Shown: positions 1 to 8,374 of the stretch, piece after piece
Position numbering within the stretch: the first letter of the stretch is position 1
Layout of the letters: every line of letters begins with the position of its first letter
Virus record (IMG/VR): IMGVR_UViG_3300011008_000007
DNA: 31,764 bases
Source: a virus
Taxonomy: Duplodnaviria; Heunggongvirae; Uroviricota; Caudoviricetes
Direction: 5' to 3' (one strand)
Made by a program: the position numbers and the translations under genes
The notes under the pieces: model-generated
Told to the model about the DNA's origin: nothing
Databases searched by the model: none
The model's input: only the letters and a program-made list of their open reading frames with translations

Positions 1-2
1 AA

Positions 3-605
3 AAGCTCAACAATGTAATGACCGAACTTTATAAAAAAGTTGAAGATGTTGAGTTTATGATTATGGGTATTGGCGACCTGTCATATGATAACGCGCCCAT
101 TCAAATTTCGCAGTTCGAGTCTGATATTCGTATTGCCGAACAGCTCGATAAGGTTTATTTCGAGTATGGCGGTGGCGGTAACAGTTATGAATCATATACG
201 GCAGCTTGGTATATGGGATTACGTCACGCAAAACTTGATTGTTGGAATAGAGGAAAGAAAGGCATTATTATCACTATGGGTGATGAGTATATTAATCCAT
301 TCCTCCCTTGTGATAAACTTTCAAAAGTTACTGGAGATAAATTACAGGGCGACATTGAAACCGACGAACTCTACAAAGAGGTTATTAAGAAATATGATGT
401 ATATCATATTGCAGTTGACGATAAACTGACTTCTTATAGATGGTATAAAGAAGACGCCAAAGAACATTGGGGTAAATATTTTGATGACGACCACTTCTTA
501 GAAGTTAGTATTGATAGCATTGCTCCAGCAATTATAGACATTGTTTCTAAAGCAGCGGGGCAGGATATTGAAGATAACAATGAAAATGGAGAAATTTCTT
601 GGTGA
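3..605 (+). CDS. VWA-domain protein, 5'-truncated by the window edge
   Basis: Frame is open to position 3 (KLNNVM...). Motifs MGIGD, QFESD, GGGGN.YESY and ITMGDE match a VWA (MIDAS) family often found beside PurA-like genes. Confidence 0.7.
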   Translation, partial: KLNNVMTELYKKVEDVEFMIMGIGDLSYDNAPIQISQFESDIRIAEQLDKVYFEYGGGGNSYESYTAAWYMGLRHAKLDCWNRGKKGIIITMGDEYINPFLPCDKLSKVTGDKLQGDIETDELYKEVIKKYDVYHIAVDDKLTSYRWYKEDAKEHWGKYFDDDHFLEVSIDSIAPAIIDIVSKAAGQDIEDNNENGEISW

Positions 606-611
606 TTTAAA

Positions 612-1802
612 ATGAGTACAGAAGTTAAAGTTATTATCGGCGCTAATTATGGAGATGAGGGCAAGGGACTTGCTACACATTATTTCTCACAACAAGCAAA
701 ACAAAATAATAAGAAATGTCTAAATATTCTTTTTAATGGTGGTTGCCAAAGAGGTCACACCGTCGATTATAAAAATGGCACAAGACACGTTTTTCACCAT
801 TTTGGTTCGGGTTTGTTAGACGGCGCCGATACATACTTTGACTCGGACTATATGGTAAATCCATTGGTATTTTCGGATGAGTTGTTGGAACTATTTCCTG
901 CGATTAGAGATAGAAATATTTATGCTAATATGGGTTGTCGTGTAATTACACCTTATGATGCGTTTATTAATCAGTTGGTAGAGAAAAATCGCGGCGAAAA
1001 TAGACATGGCTCTTGCGGTCACGGTATTTGGGAAACACAAGAAAGATATGCCAATTCTGTGTATAATTGGTCTTTGGGTAAGTTTATTCGAGAGTCAAAC
1101 GACGCAAAAGTAGAATACTTAACTAAAATTAGAGACATATATCTTCCGACAAGACTATACAAGTATGGCATATCAATGAACGATATTCCTAAAAGATATT
1201 TAGAAGCAATCAATTCTGATGAGATAATGCGCGCTTATTTAAGTACATTAGATACTTTTAGCCACATTGTTAGACTCGTTTCTTCTTTTACAGACATTAA
1301 AAAGAATTATGATGTTTTAATTTTTGAAGGAGCACAGGGATTAGCATTAGACGAAAGAAACAAATCCGAATATCCTAATGTCACAGCAAGCCGAACCGGT
1401 TCGGTAGTTCCACTACAAAGAATCAATGGTATGGATTGTGAAGTTGAGGTTTGTTATATCACAAGAAGTTATTTTACGCGCCACGGAGCTGGATATTTAC
1501 CCAATGAGTGTGCAAAAGACGAAATCAATCCAAATATAGTTGATGATACCAATGTGTTTAATGAATTTCAGCAAGATATAAGATATGCTCCATTTGATTT
1601 TAAAGCATTCTTTACAAGAGCGATGTGCGATTTTATTTCGACAAAGAAGCCTGAGTTCCCATTGAAGTACAGCTTCTTCATAACCCATCTAAACTACTGC
1701 GATTGCAACATTCCCGACAAATATGTATCAACTATCTATAAATCTGCCACCAAATATGCAGAGGATGTTGAGGTAATTTCATATGAAGATAGACGAGATT
1801 GA
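612..1802 (+). CDS. Divergent adenylosuccinate synthetase (PurA)-like protein
   Basis: GANYGDEGKG P-loop, GGCQRGHT, FEGAQG..LD....YPNVT and TRHGAG are recognisable PurA motifs. The TTGR loop and TKLD motif are replaced. Confidence 0.85.
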   Translation: MSTEVKVIIGANYGDEGKGLATHYFSQQAKQNNKKCLNILFNGGCQRGHTVDYKNGTRHVFHHFGSGLLDGADTYFDSDYMVNPLVFSDELLELFPAIRDRNIYANMGCRVITPYDAFINQLVEKNRGENRHGSCGHGIWETQERYANSVYNWSLGKFIRESNDAKVEYLTKIRDIYLPTRLYKYGISMNDIPKRYLEAINSDEIMRAYLSTLDTFSHIVRLVSSFTDIKKNYDVLIFEGAQGLALDERNKSEYPNVTASRTGSVVPLQRINGMDCEVEVCYITRSYFTRHGAGYLPNECAKDEINPNIVDDTNVFNEFQQDIRYAPFDFKAFFTRAMCDFISTKKPEFPLKYSFFITHLNYCDCNIPDKYVSTIYKSATKYAEDVEVISYEDRRD

Positions 1803-2262
1803 TACTGGATTTGCCGCAATTATTAGGAAACACTTAAAATGTTGTCAATCAAATAAAGGTTTTATCAGCACTTTATGCCTCTCAAATCGCTCAAAATTGG
1901 ACTATGCGTTATCTTCTGTTAAAGAAGTCATAAATGATGACTTTTGGCTAAAACACCGCATAGCAGTCATTACAAATAATAAGTATAGTGCCGAAATATC
2001 ATTCAAGGGTAGCGCAAGTAAATTTATTATTCGTTCTTTCCCCGAATGTGCAATGAGGCAGAAAACAAACGGAATGATAATTGATAGAGGTATTGATAAA
2101 GTTGCAGCCAAACGAAAGATAAAACCTTTCATTAAACCTTATTTGAGGTTTAAACCAAAGAGCAGATTCTTTATTTGGCTTTGGTATTTGTTGAAAATAA
2201 AAATCAAATCTATTGAAGACGATTTGATAATTAGAGAATATTTTGATTATATAGATATATAA
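1783..2262 (+). CDS. Hypothetical protein (resembles C-terminal half of the 2972..3763 product)
   Basis: 159-aa ORF overlapping the upstream stop codon, co-oriented in the operon. Confidence 0.7.
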   Translation: MKIDEIDTGFAAIIRKHLKCCQSNKGFISTLCLSNRSKLDYALSSVKEVINDDFWLKHRIAVITNNKYSAEISFKGSASKFIIRSFPECAMRQKTNGMIIDRGIDKVAAKRKIKPFIKPYLRFKPKSRFFIWLWYLLKIKIKSIEDDLIIREYFDYIDI

Positions 2263-2275
2263 AGGGGAATAGTTT

Positions 2276-2970
2276 TTGATTAATATAAATTCAACTCCCC
2301 CGAAGAAAATATTTTATATTGTGCGAATTTTTTAGATATTGCAAAAAATATACCCAATGAGTGTATTGATTTAATAGTAACAGACCCGCCTTATAAATGT
2401 ATTTCGGGTGGGAAACCACATTTAAAGAATCAGCCGTCAGGCATATTAGCAAAGAATGACGGTAAGATTTTTGATTATAATGAAATAGCTCCAGAACAAT
2501 ATTTGCCTGAGCTTTATAGGATTCTAAAACCAAATACTCATTTTTATATAATGACTAATACCCTAAATATAAAACACTTTCTTAATTTTTCAGAACAAAT
2601 TGGTTTTAAATTACATAATATATTGATTTGGAAAAAGAATAATGTAACTCCAAATCGTTGGTATATGAAAAATTGTGAATATATTTTGTTCTTTAGAAAA
2701 GGTAAGGCAAAGCAAATTAACAATCCTGGCACTAAACAGGTTTTAGAAGTCAATAATATAAAAGGAAAGAAACTGCACGAAACTGAAAAGCCGGTTGAAC
2801 TTATGCAGATTATGATAGAAAATAGTTCTCAAATAGGAGATTTGGTTCTTGACCCGTTTATGGGCAGCGGTTCCACGGGAGTTGCTTGCAAAAATTGCAA
2901 TAGGCGATTTTTGGGAGTAGAAATTGATAACAAATATTATGAAATAGCCAAAAGTAGAATAGAGGGTTAA
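2276..2970 (+). CDS. DNA methyltransferase (N6/N4 beta class), 5' end frameshifted
   Basis: IDLIVTDPPY (2341-2400) and VLDPFMGSGSTG are in one frame that is open from 2284. The RBS (GGGGA 2264-2268) and TTG 2276 are in another frame that stops at 2333-2335. The ORF track start at 2503 omits the catalytic DPPY. Confidence 0.85.
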
Positions 2971-2971
2971 T

Positions 2972-3763
2972 ATGGAAGCAAGGAAAAGAATATATACGAC
3001 GTATTTTGATAATGTAAGAAACTTACCAAACTATATTATTCCAATTTCTATTGCTGGTCGTCCGCCCGCAGATTGGGATGGATTAGAGTATAAAAAATTA
3101 GCTCCAAAGCTGAGCTTCTTTAAAGAATGGGAACATAATAACGATAACAATTTTTATATACAGCACTTTTACAAGGAAGTTCTTGATAAATTAAATCCAG
3201 ATAAAATCGTAGAAGAATTGTTTGAGAAGATAGGCAAAAATAAAGATGCTTCTATCGCATTAATTTGTTACGAAAACCCAAAGGAGTTTTGTCATCGTCA
3301 TTTAGTTGGAAGTTGGCTTATACAGCACGGGTATTTCGTAAAAGAATATGAGGATTTAACAGAACCGATAAAAAGTTTAGAGCAATCAATTCGAGAATCT
3401 TTATTGGAGTGTTTTGAAATTGATGGAAATCAATGTGTCCTTTTTCTTTCTAATATAACTAATTATAAAAAGGTTATTGAATATTTTTTTGATGGATACT
3501 TAGACAGTTATGGTGTCAAAAATTATACTATACATCATAATCAATACAGTTTAGATATTCGATTTGAAAATAAAAGTAGATTTTTTGTTAGTATATTAAA
3601 TGAGAACAGTAAAGGTGCGAGATGGAACAAAATAATTTGTGATAGTTCCATAGACAATTATTTAATAGACACCATAGCGCGCCCATTATTTACTTGGTGT
3701 AGATTGGGTAAACGTAGTGTATATAAAATTAGAAATAATATAATAAAAGTAAAAATCCCATAG
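2972..3763 (+). CDS. DUF488-like N-terminal domain fused to an unknown C-terminal domain
   Basis: IYTTYF...ISIAGRPP...YKKLAP...LICYE.P..FCHRHLV pattern is typical of phage DUF488-family proteins. Confidence 0.7.
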   Translation: MEARKRIYTTYFDNVRNLPNYIIPISIAGRPPADWDGLEYKKLAPKLSFFKEWEHNNDNNFYIQHFYKEVLDKLNPDKIVEELFEKIGKNKDASIALICYENPKEFCHRHLVGSWLIQHGYFVKEYEDLTEPIKSLEQSIRESLLECFEIDGNQCVLFLSNITNYKKVIEYFFDGYLDSYGVKNYTIHHNQYSLDIRFENKSRFFVSILNENSKGARWNKIICDSSIDNYLIDTIARPLFTWCRLGKRSVYKIRNNIIKVKIP

Positions 3764-3776
3764 CCGAAACTATGGG
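3745..3776 (-). terminator. Intrinsic terminator for the immR-immA operon at the convergence point
   Basis: Hairpin CCCATAG(3757-3763)-CCGAAA-CTATGGG(3770-3776), followed on the minus strand by ATTTTTACTTTT. Confidence 0.7.
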
Positions 3777-3782
3777 GTTAAT

Positions 3783-4391
3783 CTATCTTATTCTTTTATA
3801 GTTGAAAATTGCGCGCATATCGTTTTCCCACGCGGTTTTTATATGCCCTTGTTTCCACTTTATATACTGTTTATATCGAATTTTTGAAGCTTCAACAGAC
3901 AAACCAAAACAAAATTGAATATCGCTTGCAGAATGAATATCAAGAATTTCAAATAAAGGGAACGGTGCTAAAAGCTGCGCCGTAAACAAATCAGCTTCGG
4001 ATTCAAAGCCAGATGTATCTAATTTCCAATCTCTGCCCTCTGGAATATGATTAATAGCTTTGCTTTTTAGGTGATTGCATACGATATGCCCCAATTCATG
4101 AGATAGAGTCCAACGTTGCCTGCCCTCATTATACTGAGTATATGAATCGTTATAGAGAATTAAATATCTATCGTTTTCAAGTTCATAATGGGTGCATCCG
4201 GTAAGACTTTCGCAAAGAGCTTCTACATCAGAAATTGAGCAATTATTGAGCTTGGCAAACTCTTGATATGTTATTAGGCGGCAATTTGGAATCAATTTGA
4301 TAATCTTCTTTGGTTCTATTGGGAATTTAATATATGGTAATAGGGAATATGTTTCCAATATTTTTCTTTGAATAAATTGATGTCTTATCAT
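3783..4391 (-). CDS. ImmA/IrrE-family metallopeptidase (DUF955), anti-repressor
   Basis: R.RWTLSHELGH (HExxH) plus ESEADLFTAQLLAP; directly downstream of an XRE gene. Confidence 0.92.
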   Translation of the reverse strand: MIRHQFIQRKILETYSLLPYIKFPIEPKKIIKLIPNCRLITYQEFAKLNNCSISDVEALCESLTGCTHYELENDRYLILYNDSYTQYNEGRQRWTLSHELGHIVCNHLKSKAINHIPEGRDWKLDTSGFESEADLFTAQLLAPFPLFEILDIHSASDIQFCFGLSVEASKIRYKQYIKWKQGHIKTAWENDMRAIFNYKRIR

Positions 4392-4792
4392 TCTTGTTCG
4401 CTAATATCTCCATTCTTAAATGCTTCTTCAAATGCTATATGAAGCATTTCCATCATTCTTTTTCTATCTTTTTCAGGCATATTTCGGCGCGCACGTTGTA
4501 TTGATATAATATCGCTATCCAATTCAATATCGCCCTCAACTTTGCCGGAGTATAAATAGTCAAGTGAAACTCCAAAATAATCGGCAACCAATGCCAATTT
4601 GTCCGCTGAAGGACACGATGTTTTCCACTTGAAAAGATATGAGCGAGAAAATCCGAGTGCCTTTTCAAGCATAACAATACTCATATCGTGTGCGTCGCAC
4701 AGTTCTTTTATGCGGTCATAAACTGTTTTGACACCTTTGTTATTGTTTTCATCATTAAAAACGTCCAGTTCGGAGTTGTGCTTTGTAGTCAT
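4388..4792 (-). CDS. XRE-family HTH repressor (ImmR/CI-like)
   Basis: RIKELC...MSIVMLEKALGFSRSYLFKWKTSCPSADKLALVADYFGVSLDYL is an HTH_3 pattern; GAGG RBS upstream on the minus strand. Confidence 0.92.
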   Translation of the reverse strand: MTTKHNSELDVFNDENNNKGVKTVYDRIKELCDAHDMSIVMLEKALGFSRSYLFKWKTSCPSADKLALVADYFGVSLDYLYSGKVEGDIELDSDIISIQRARRNMPEKDRKRMMEMLHIAFEEAFKNGDISEQE

Positions 4793-4836
4793 ATTAACCT
4801 CACTTTCGCAAAAAAATATGCAACAAAAATATAATA

Positions 4837-4915
4837 TCGCAAAATTTTACGATAAAAGTCTTGACTTTCGCAAAATTTTCTGATACAATACATCTATCGA
4901 CAGAAAATCTTGCGA
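4837..4915. promoter_or_regulatory. Three 16-bp quasi-palindromic operators (probable repressor sites)
   Basis: TCGCAAAATTTTACGA (4837-4852), TCGCAAAATTTTCTGA (4868-4883) and TCGCAAGATTTTCTGT (reverse complement of 4900-4915). There is also a half-site in the direct repeat ACTTTCGCAAAA (4802-4813 = 4864-4875). Confidence 0.75.
4861..4889 (+). promoter_or_regulatory. Sigma-A/70 promoter for the RlaP-palm-CCA operon
   Basis: TTGACT-N17-TACAAT with an extended -10 TG at 4881-4882. Confidence 0.8.
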
Positions 4916-4926
4916 TTTTCAAGAAT

Positions 4927-4955
4927 ATTTTACTATATTTAATAGCAAAAGTCAA
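4927..4955 (-). promoter_or_regulatory. Sigma-A/70 promoter for immR-immA
   Basis: Minus strand TTGACT (4955-4950)-N17-TAAAAT (4932-4927). Confidence 0.7.
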
Positions 4956-4973
4956 CAGATTGGAGGTAAAATT

Positions 4974-5990
4974 TTGGAAATTAAAGAGATAAAAGCTGAG
5001 ATTTTGAAAGAAAAGTATGATTTTTTAAGAAATAATGAATTTTTGAGAGGTAATATTATACTTTTAGGTTTGGGCGGAAGTTATGCTTATGGCACAAATA
5101 ATGAAAATTCCGACATTGATATTAGAGGAATCGCAGTTAATTCACTTAGATATTTGTTTACAGGTAAAGATTTTGAACAAGTAGTAGAAACCAATACAGA
5201 TACTACGATATATTCTCTCGAAAAAATGTTTACACTACTATCTTCGTGCAATCCCAATACAATAGAAATACTCGGTTTAAAGCCTGAGCACTATTTATTC
5301 CGTGACATCCCAGGCATACTTCTTCTCGAAAATAAAGAACTATTTTTATCTCGCAGAGCTGCTTTTACCTTTGGTGGTTATGCCAATAGCCAACTTAGAA
5401 GATTAGAAAACAAGGCTGCAAGGGAACAATCTCAGTCGGCACAGGAGCGAAATATTCTTAAAAGTATCGAACACGCACAAGTTGATTTCCATAACAAATA
5501 TCTATATATGCCGGACGATAGTATTAAACTATATGTTGATAAAGCTATCAATGAAGATATGGAAACAGAGATTTTTATGGATGCCAACATTAAACATTAT
5601 CCTTTAAGAGATTATCGCGCAATGTGGAACGAAATGCACGCTATAGTTAAAGGCTATGCCAAATTTGGCAGTAGAAATACAAAGGCGATTGAACACGACA
5701 AACTCGGCAAGCATATGATGCATTTAATTAGGCTATATTATATGTGTTTCGACATTTTAGAGAAGCGTGAAATCAACACATATAGAGAAAAAGAACACGA
5801 TTTTCTTATGGATATTCGTAACGGCAAATATCTCGATAGTAAGAAACAGCCAATACCAGAATTTTATGAGATTGTTGACGGATTAGAAAAAAGGCTCGAT
5901 TATGCGAGCAAAAATACCGATTTACCCGATAGGGTAGATAAAGACAAAATTGATGATTTGTTATATGAAATAAATTGTAGTATTTTATAA
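4974..5990 (+). CDS. Pol-beta-superfamily nucleotidyltransferase, RlaP/Nuc-transf type
   Basis: GGSYAYGTNNENSDIDIRG (GS...DxD), NPNTIEIL and KHMMHLIRL; GGAGG RBS before TTG. Confidence 0.85.
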   Translation: MEIKEIKAEILKEKYDFLRNNEFLRGNIILLGLGGSYAYGTNNENSDIDIRGIAVNSLRYLFTGKDFEQVVETNTDTTIYSLEKMFTLLSSCNPNTIEILGLKPEHYLFRDIPGILLLENKELFLSRRAAFTFGGYANSQLRRLENKAAREQSQSAQERNILKSIEHAQVDFHNKYLYMPDDSIKLYVDKAINEDMETEIFMDANIKHYPLRDYRAMWNEMHAIVKGYAKFGSRNTKAIEHDKLGKHMMHLIRLYYMCFDILEKREINTYREKEHDFLMDIRNGKYLDSKKQPIPEFYEIVDGLEKRLDYASKNTDLPDRVDKDKIDDLLYEINCSIL

Positions 5991-6001
5991 GGAGAGTAAT
6001 A

Positions 6002-6952
6002 ATGAATAGACAGGACGTATTGAAATCATATCATCTTAAAAAAAGATTTTGCAAGGATAATAATTTACCCATTAAGGTGTATGATAATCCGTATTTTGAG
6101 CAGAGGGTAGAGATACTTAATCCTCTGTTTGGTTCTTTAGATAAATTTGATGATTTTGTGCTTAATATGCGCGATTTTGATTCCGAACAGAATTATTTTG
6201 ATTATTATAACTCTATTAAGGATGCCATTATTGACGATATAAAGGCAAATGAAATGTATCAAAAATTTATAAATGAAGATAAAAAACCTTGGGCAGACCA
6301 AATTGTTGAAGCTATCAGCAAAATTGAAAATCGTAATTTATATTCAGACGACAACAATGGTAAGGTTTTCGTATCTGTTGATATGAAAAAAGCCAATTTT
6401 TCGGCGTTGAAGCACTATTCTCCAAGTATTTTTAATGGAGCTGAAACTTGGGAAGATTACCTTAAAAAATACACTTCTTACGACCATATAATAAAGAGCA
6501 AATATATTCGCCAGGTGGTAATGGGAGCTTGTAACCCAAGGGCACAGATTACATATGAAAAATATTTAATAAGCAAACTTTGCGAACATTTAGTGAATGT
6601 ATTGGGCGAAAAAATCAAGGTTCTTTGTTTGGCTGCGGATGAAATTGTGCTTTCCGAAGTTGGATGTAGTTTAAATGAGATAAAGGAAGCCGTTTCTTCG
6701 TGTGCCGACAGTCTTGGAGATTTGGTTCGGATAGAGATATTTGAGTTAAATAAACTCGGTAATTATGGCTGGGAAAAGGTTTTTGATACACCCAATGAGT
6801 GTAATTTTATTTTTAAGGGCGTAGATAGCGAAATTTATCATCAGCTTTTCAAACATCGAATGGGCGAAAAAATCACAGATGACGACCTTGTTTTCGTTCA
6901 TAACGGCAAATTGGCAATGTATTTAGATGAGGTGGATGACCCGTGGATGTAA
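6002..6952 (+). CDS. Hypothetical protein with polymerase palm-like motifs
   Basis: 316-aa ORF with GGAG RBS. Motifs VSVDMKKANF, KYIRQVVMG and LAADEIV occur in PolB motif A/B/C order. The function is inferred. Confidence 0.6.
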   Translation: MNRQDVLKSYHLKKRFCKDNNLPIKVYDNPYFEQRVEILNPLFGSLDKFDDFVLNMRDFDSEQNYFDYYNSIKDAIIDDIKANEMYQKFINEDKKPWADQIVEAISKIENRNLYSDDNNGKVFVSVDMKKANFSALKHYSPSIFNGAETWEDYLKKYTSYDHIIKSKYIRQVVMGACNPRAQITYEKYLISKLCEHLVNVLGEKIKVLCLAADEIVLSEVGCSLNEIKEAVSSCADSLGDLVRIEIFELNKLGNYGWEKVFDTPNECNFIFKGVDSEIYHQLFKHRMGEKITDDDLVFVHNGKLAMYLDEVDDPWM

Positions 6953-8316
6953 AAATTATTTTACCTATGCAAGTTCAGTATATTTTAAATACACTCAATA
7001 ATAACGGTTATGAGGCATACGTGGTTGGTGGATGTGTGCGCGATTCTCTCTTGGGCGTGAACCCAAAGGACTGGGATATTTGCACCTCCGCCAAACCCGA
7101 AGAGATTATTAAAGTATTCAAAGGAAATAAAATTATTCCAACCGGACTCAAACATGGAACGGTCACTTTGGTGATAGGAATTAACCAATATGAGATAACA
7201 ACATATAGAGTTGACGGTTTATATTCGGATGGTAGACATCCCGATAATGTGGAATTTGTATCTAATCTTAAAGAGGATTTATCAAGAAGAGATTTTACAG
7301 TTAATGCTATGGCATATAGCCATACCGAAGGATTAATTGATTTGTTTGGCGGAGAGAATGACCTTAAAAATCGTGCTGTGAGATGCGTAGGCAATGCAAA
7401 AGATAGGTTTTCTGAGGACGCGTTGAGAATGTTAAGGGCTTACCGATTTGCCGCGAAATATAGATTCAATATAGACAATGAAATTACAAATGCGATTGAT
7501 GATTGTCGTGAGTTAATCAAAAACATATCAATTGAAAGAATACAATCCGAAGCCTCACAAATTATTGGAAGATTACATTTAGAAAGAAATGTGTATGTTT
7601 CATCGGATTTTTATGGTGTAAACATTACTCTATTTGATGAGATTATGCTTGGAGTATTGCAATTATTGAGCACTCGCTTAGACATTGATATAGACGGATG
7701 TATATTGGTCGATTTGGTTATGCAGATGGTATATTGTCCTGAATTTATACACGAAAGAGTCGCATATATTCTGCATTATTTGCAACGAAAATCTCAAATT
7801 AAACCAGAAGATATTATAGATAGGTTGAAGGTAAGTAACTATTTTTCGGACTGTGTTCATAAGGTTCTATATGTTGGAGATACAATTATTTCAGAATTTC
7901 CAAATTGGCGAGTTTTAAAAACCGACCGACCCGAAGAATTTGAAAGAAAATCTGTTTCTAAGAATCCAGAACTAAGATACAAAATGCGAAAGTATTTAAG
8001 ATTGATAGGGAATGATAAAGAGCTTTTGCGTAGTGTGTTCAATTATATTCTTGCCATAAATTTTACGGAGTCGGAATTTGCAAAAGATGATATTTTCTTA
8101 GCCAATATATCATTAATGCAGGATAAAATATTTGACTTGTTTGATAATGAGGGAGTGTATGATGTTAAATATTTGGCAGTAAATGGTAATGATATTGCTG
8201 AACTCGGTTATAAAGGCAAGGAAATTGGATGGGCTCTCAACTATCTGTTAGATATGGTTATGAGAGAAAATGTTGTCAATACAAAATCAGAATTACTTGA
8301 ATTTTTGCAGCATTAA
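6943..8316 (+). CDS. cca: CCA-adding enzyme (class II tRNA nucleotidyltransferase)
   Basis: VGGCVRDSLLG..PKDWDI, YEITTYR.DG.YSDGRHP, EDLSRRDFTVNAMA and RFSEDALRMLRAYRF. The HD motif is degenerate (LHYL). Confidence 0.9.
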   Translation: MDVKIILPMQVQYILNTLNNNGYEAYVVGGCVRDSLLGVNPKDWDICTSAKPEEIIKVFKGNKIIPTGLKHGTVTLVIGINQYEITTYRVDGLYSDGRHPDNVEFVSNLKEDLSRRDFTVNAMAYSHTEGLIDLFGGENDLKNRAVRCVGNAKDRFSEDALRMLRAYRFAAKYRFNIDNEITNAIDDCRELIKNISIERIQSEASQIIGRLHLERNVYVSSDFYGVNITLFDEIMLGVLQLLSTRLDIDIDGCILVDLVMQMVYCPEFIHERVAYILHYLQRKSQIKPEDIIDRLKVSNYFSDCVHKVLYVGDTIISEFPNWRVLKTDRPEEFERKSVSKNPELRYKMRKYLRLIGNDKELLRSVFNYILAINFTESEFAKDDIFLANISLMQDKIFDLFDNEGVYDVKYLAVNGNDIAELGYKGKEIGWALNYLLDMVMRENVVNTKSELLEFLQH

Positions 8317-8344
8317 AAAAATAATAAATTTATCTAAAAAACTA

Positions 8345-8373
8345 TTGACAAGCTTATAAATCGCGTCTATAAT
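8345..8373 (+). promoter_or_regulatory. Perfect-consensus sigma-A/70 promoter for the RNA ligase operon
   Basis: TTGACA (8345-8350)-N17-TATAAT (8368-8373). Confidence 0.9.
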
Positions 8374-8374
8374 A

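Noticed and set aside
612-1802. PurZ / 2-aminoadenine (Z) genome pathway (PurA-like + HD + dUTPase + own polymerase)
   Set aside because: The catalytic-site Asp of GDEGKG is kept, whereas PurZ has Ser there. The HD gene is 14 kb away in the replication operon, and three adenine-type MTases imply ordinary adenine in the DNA.
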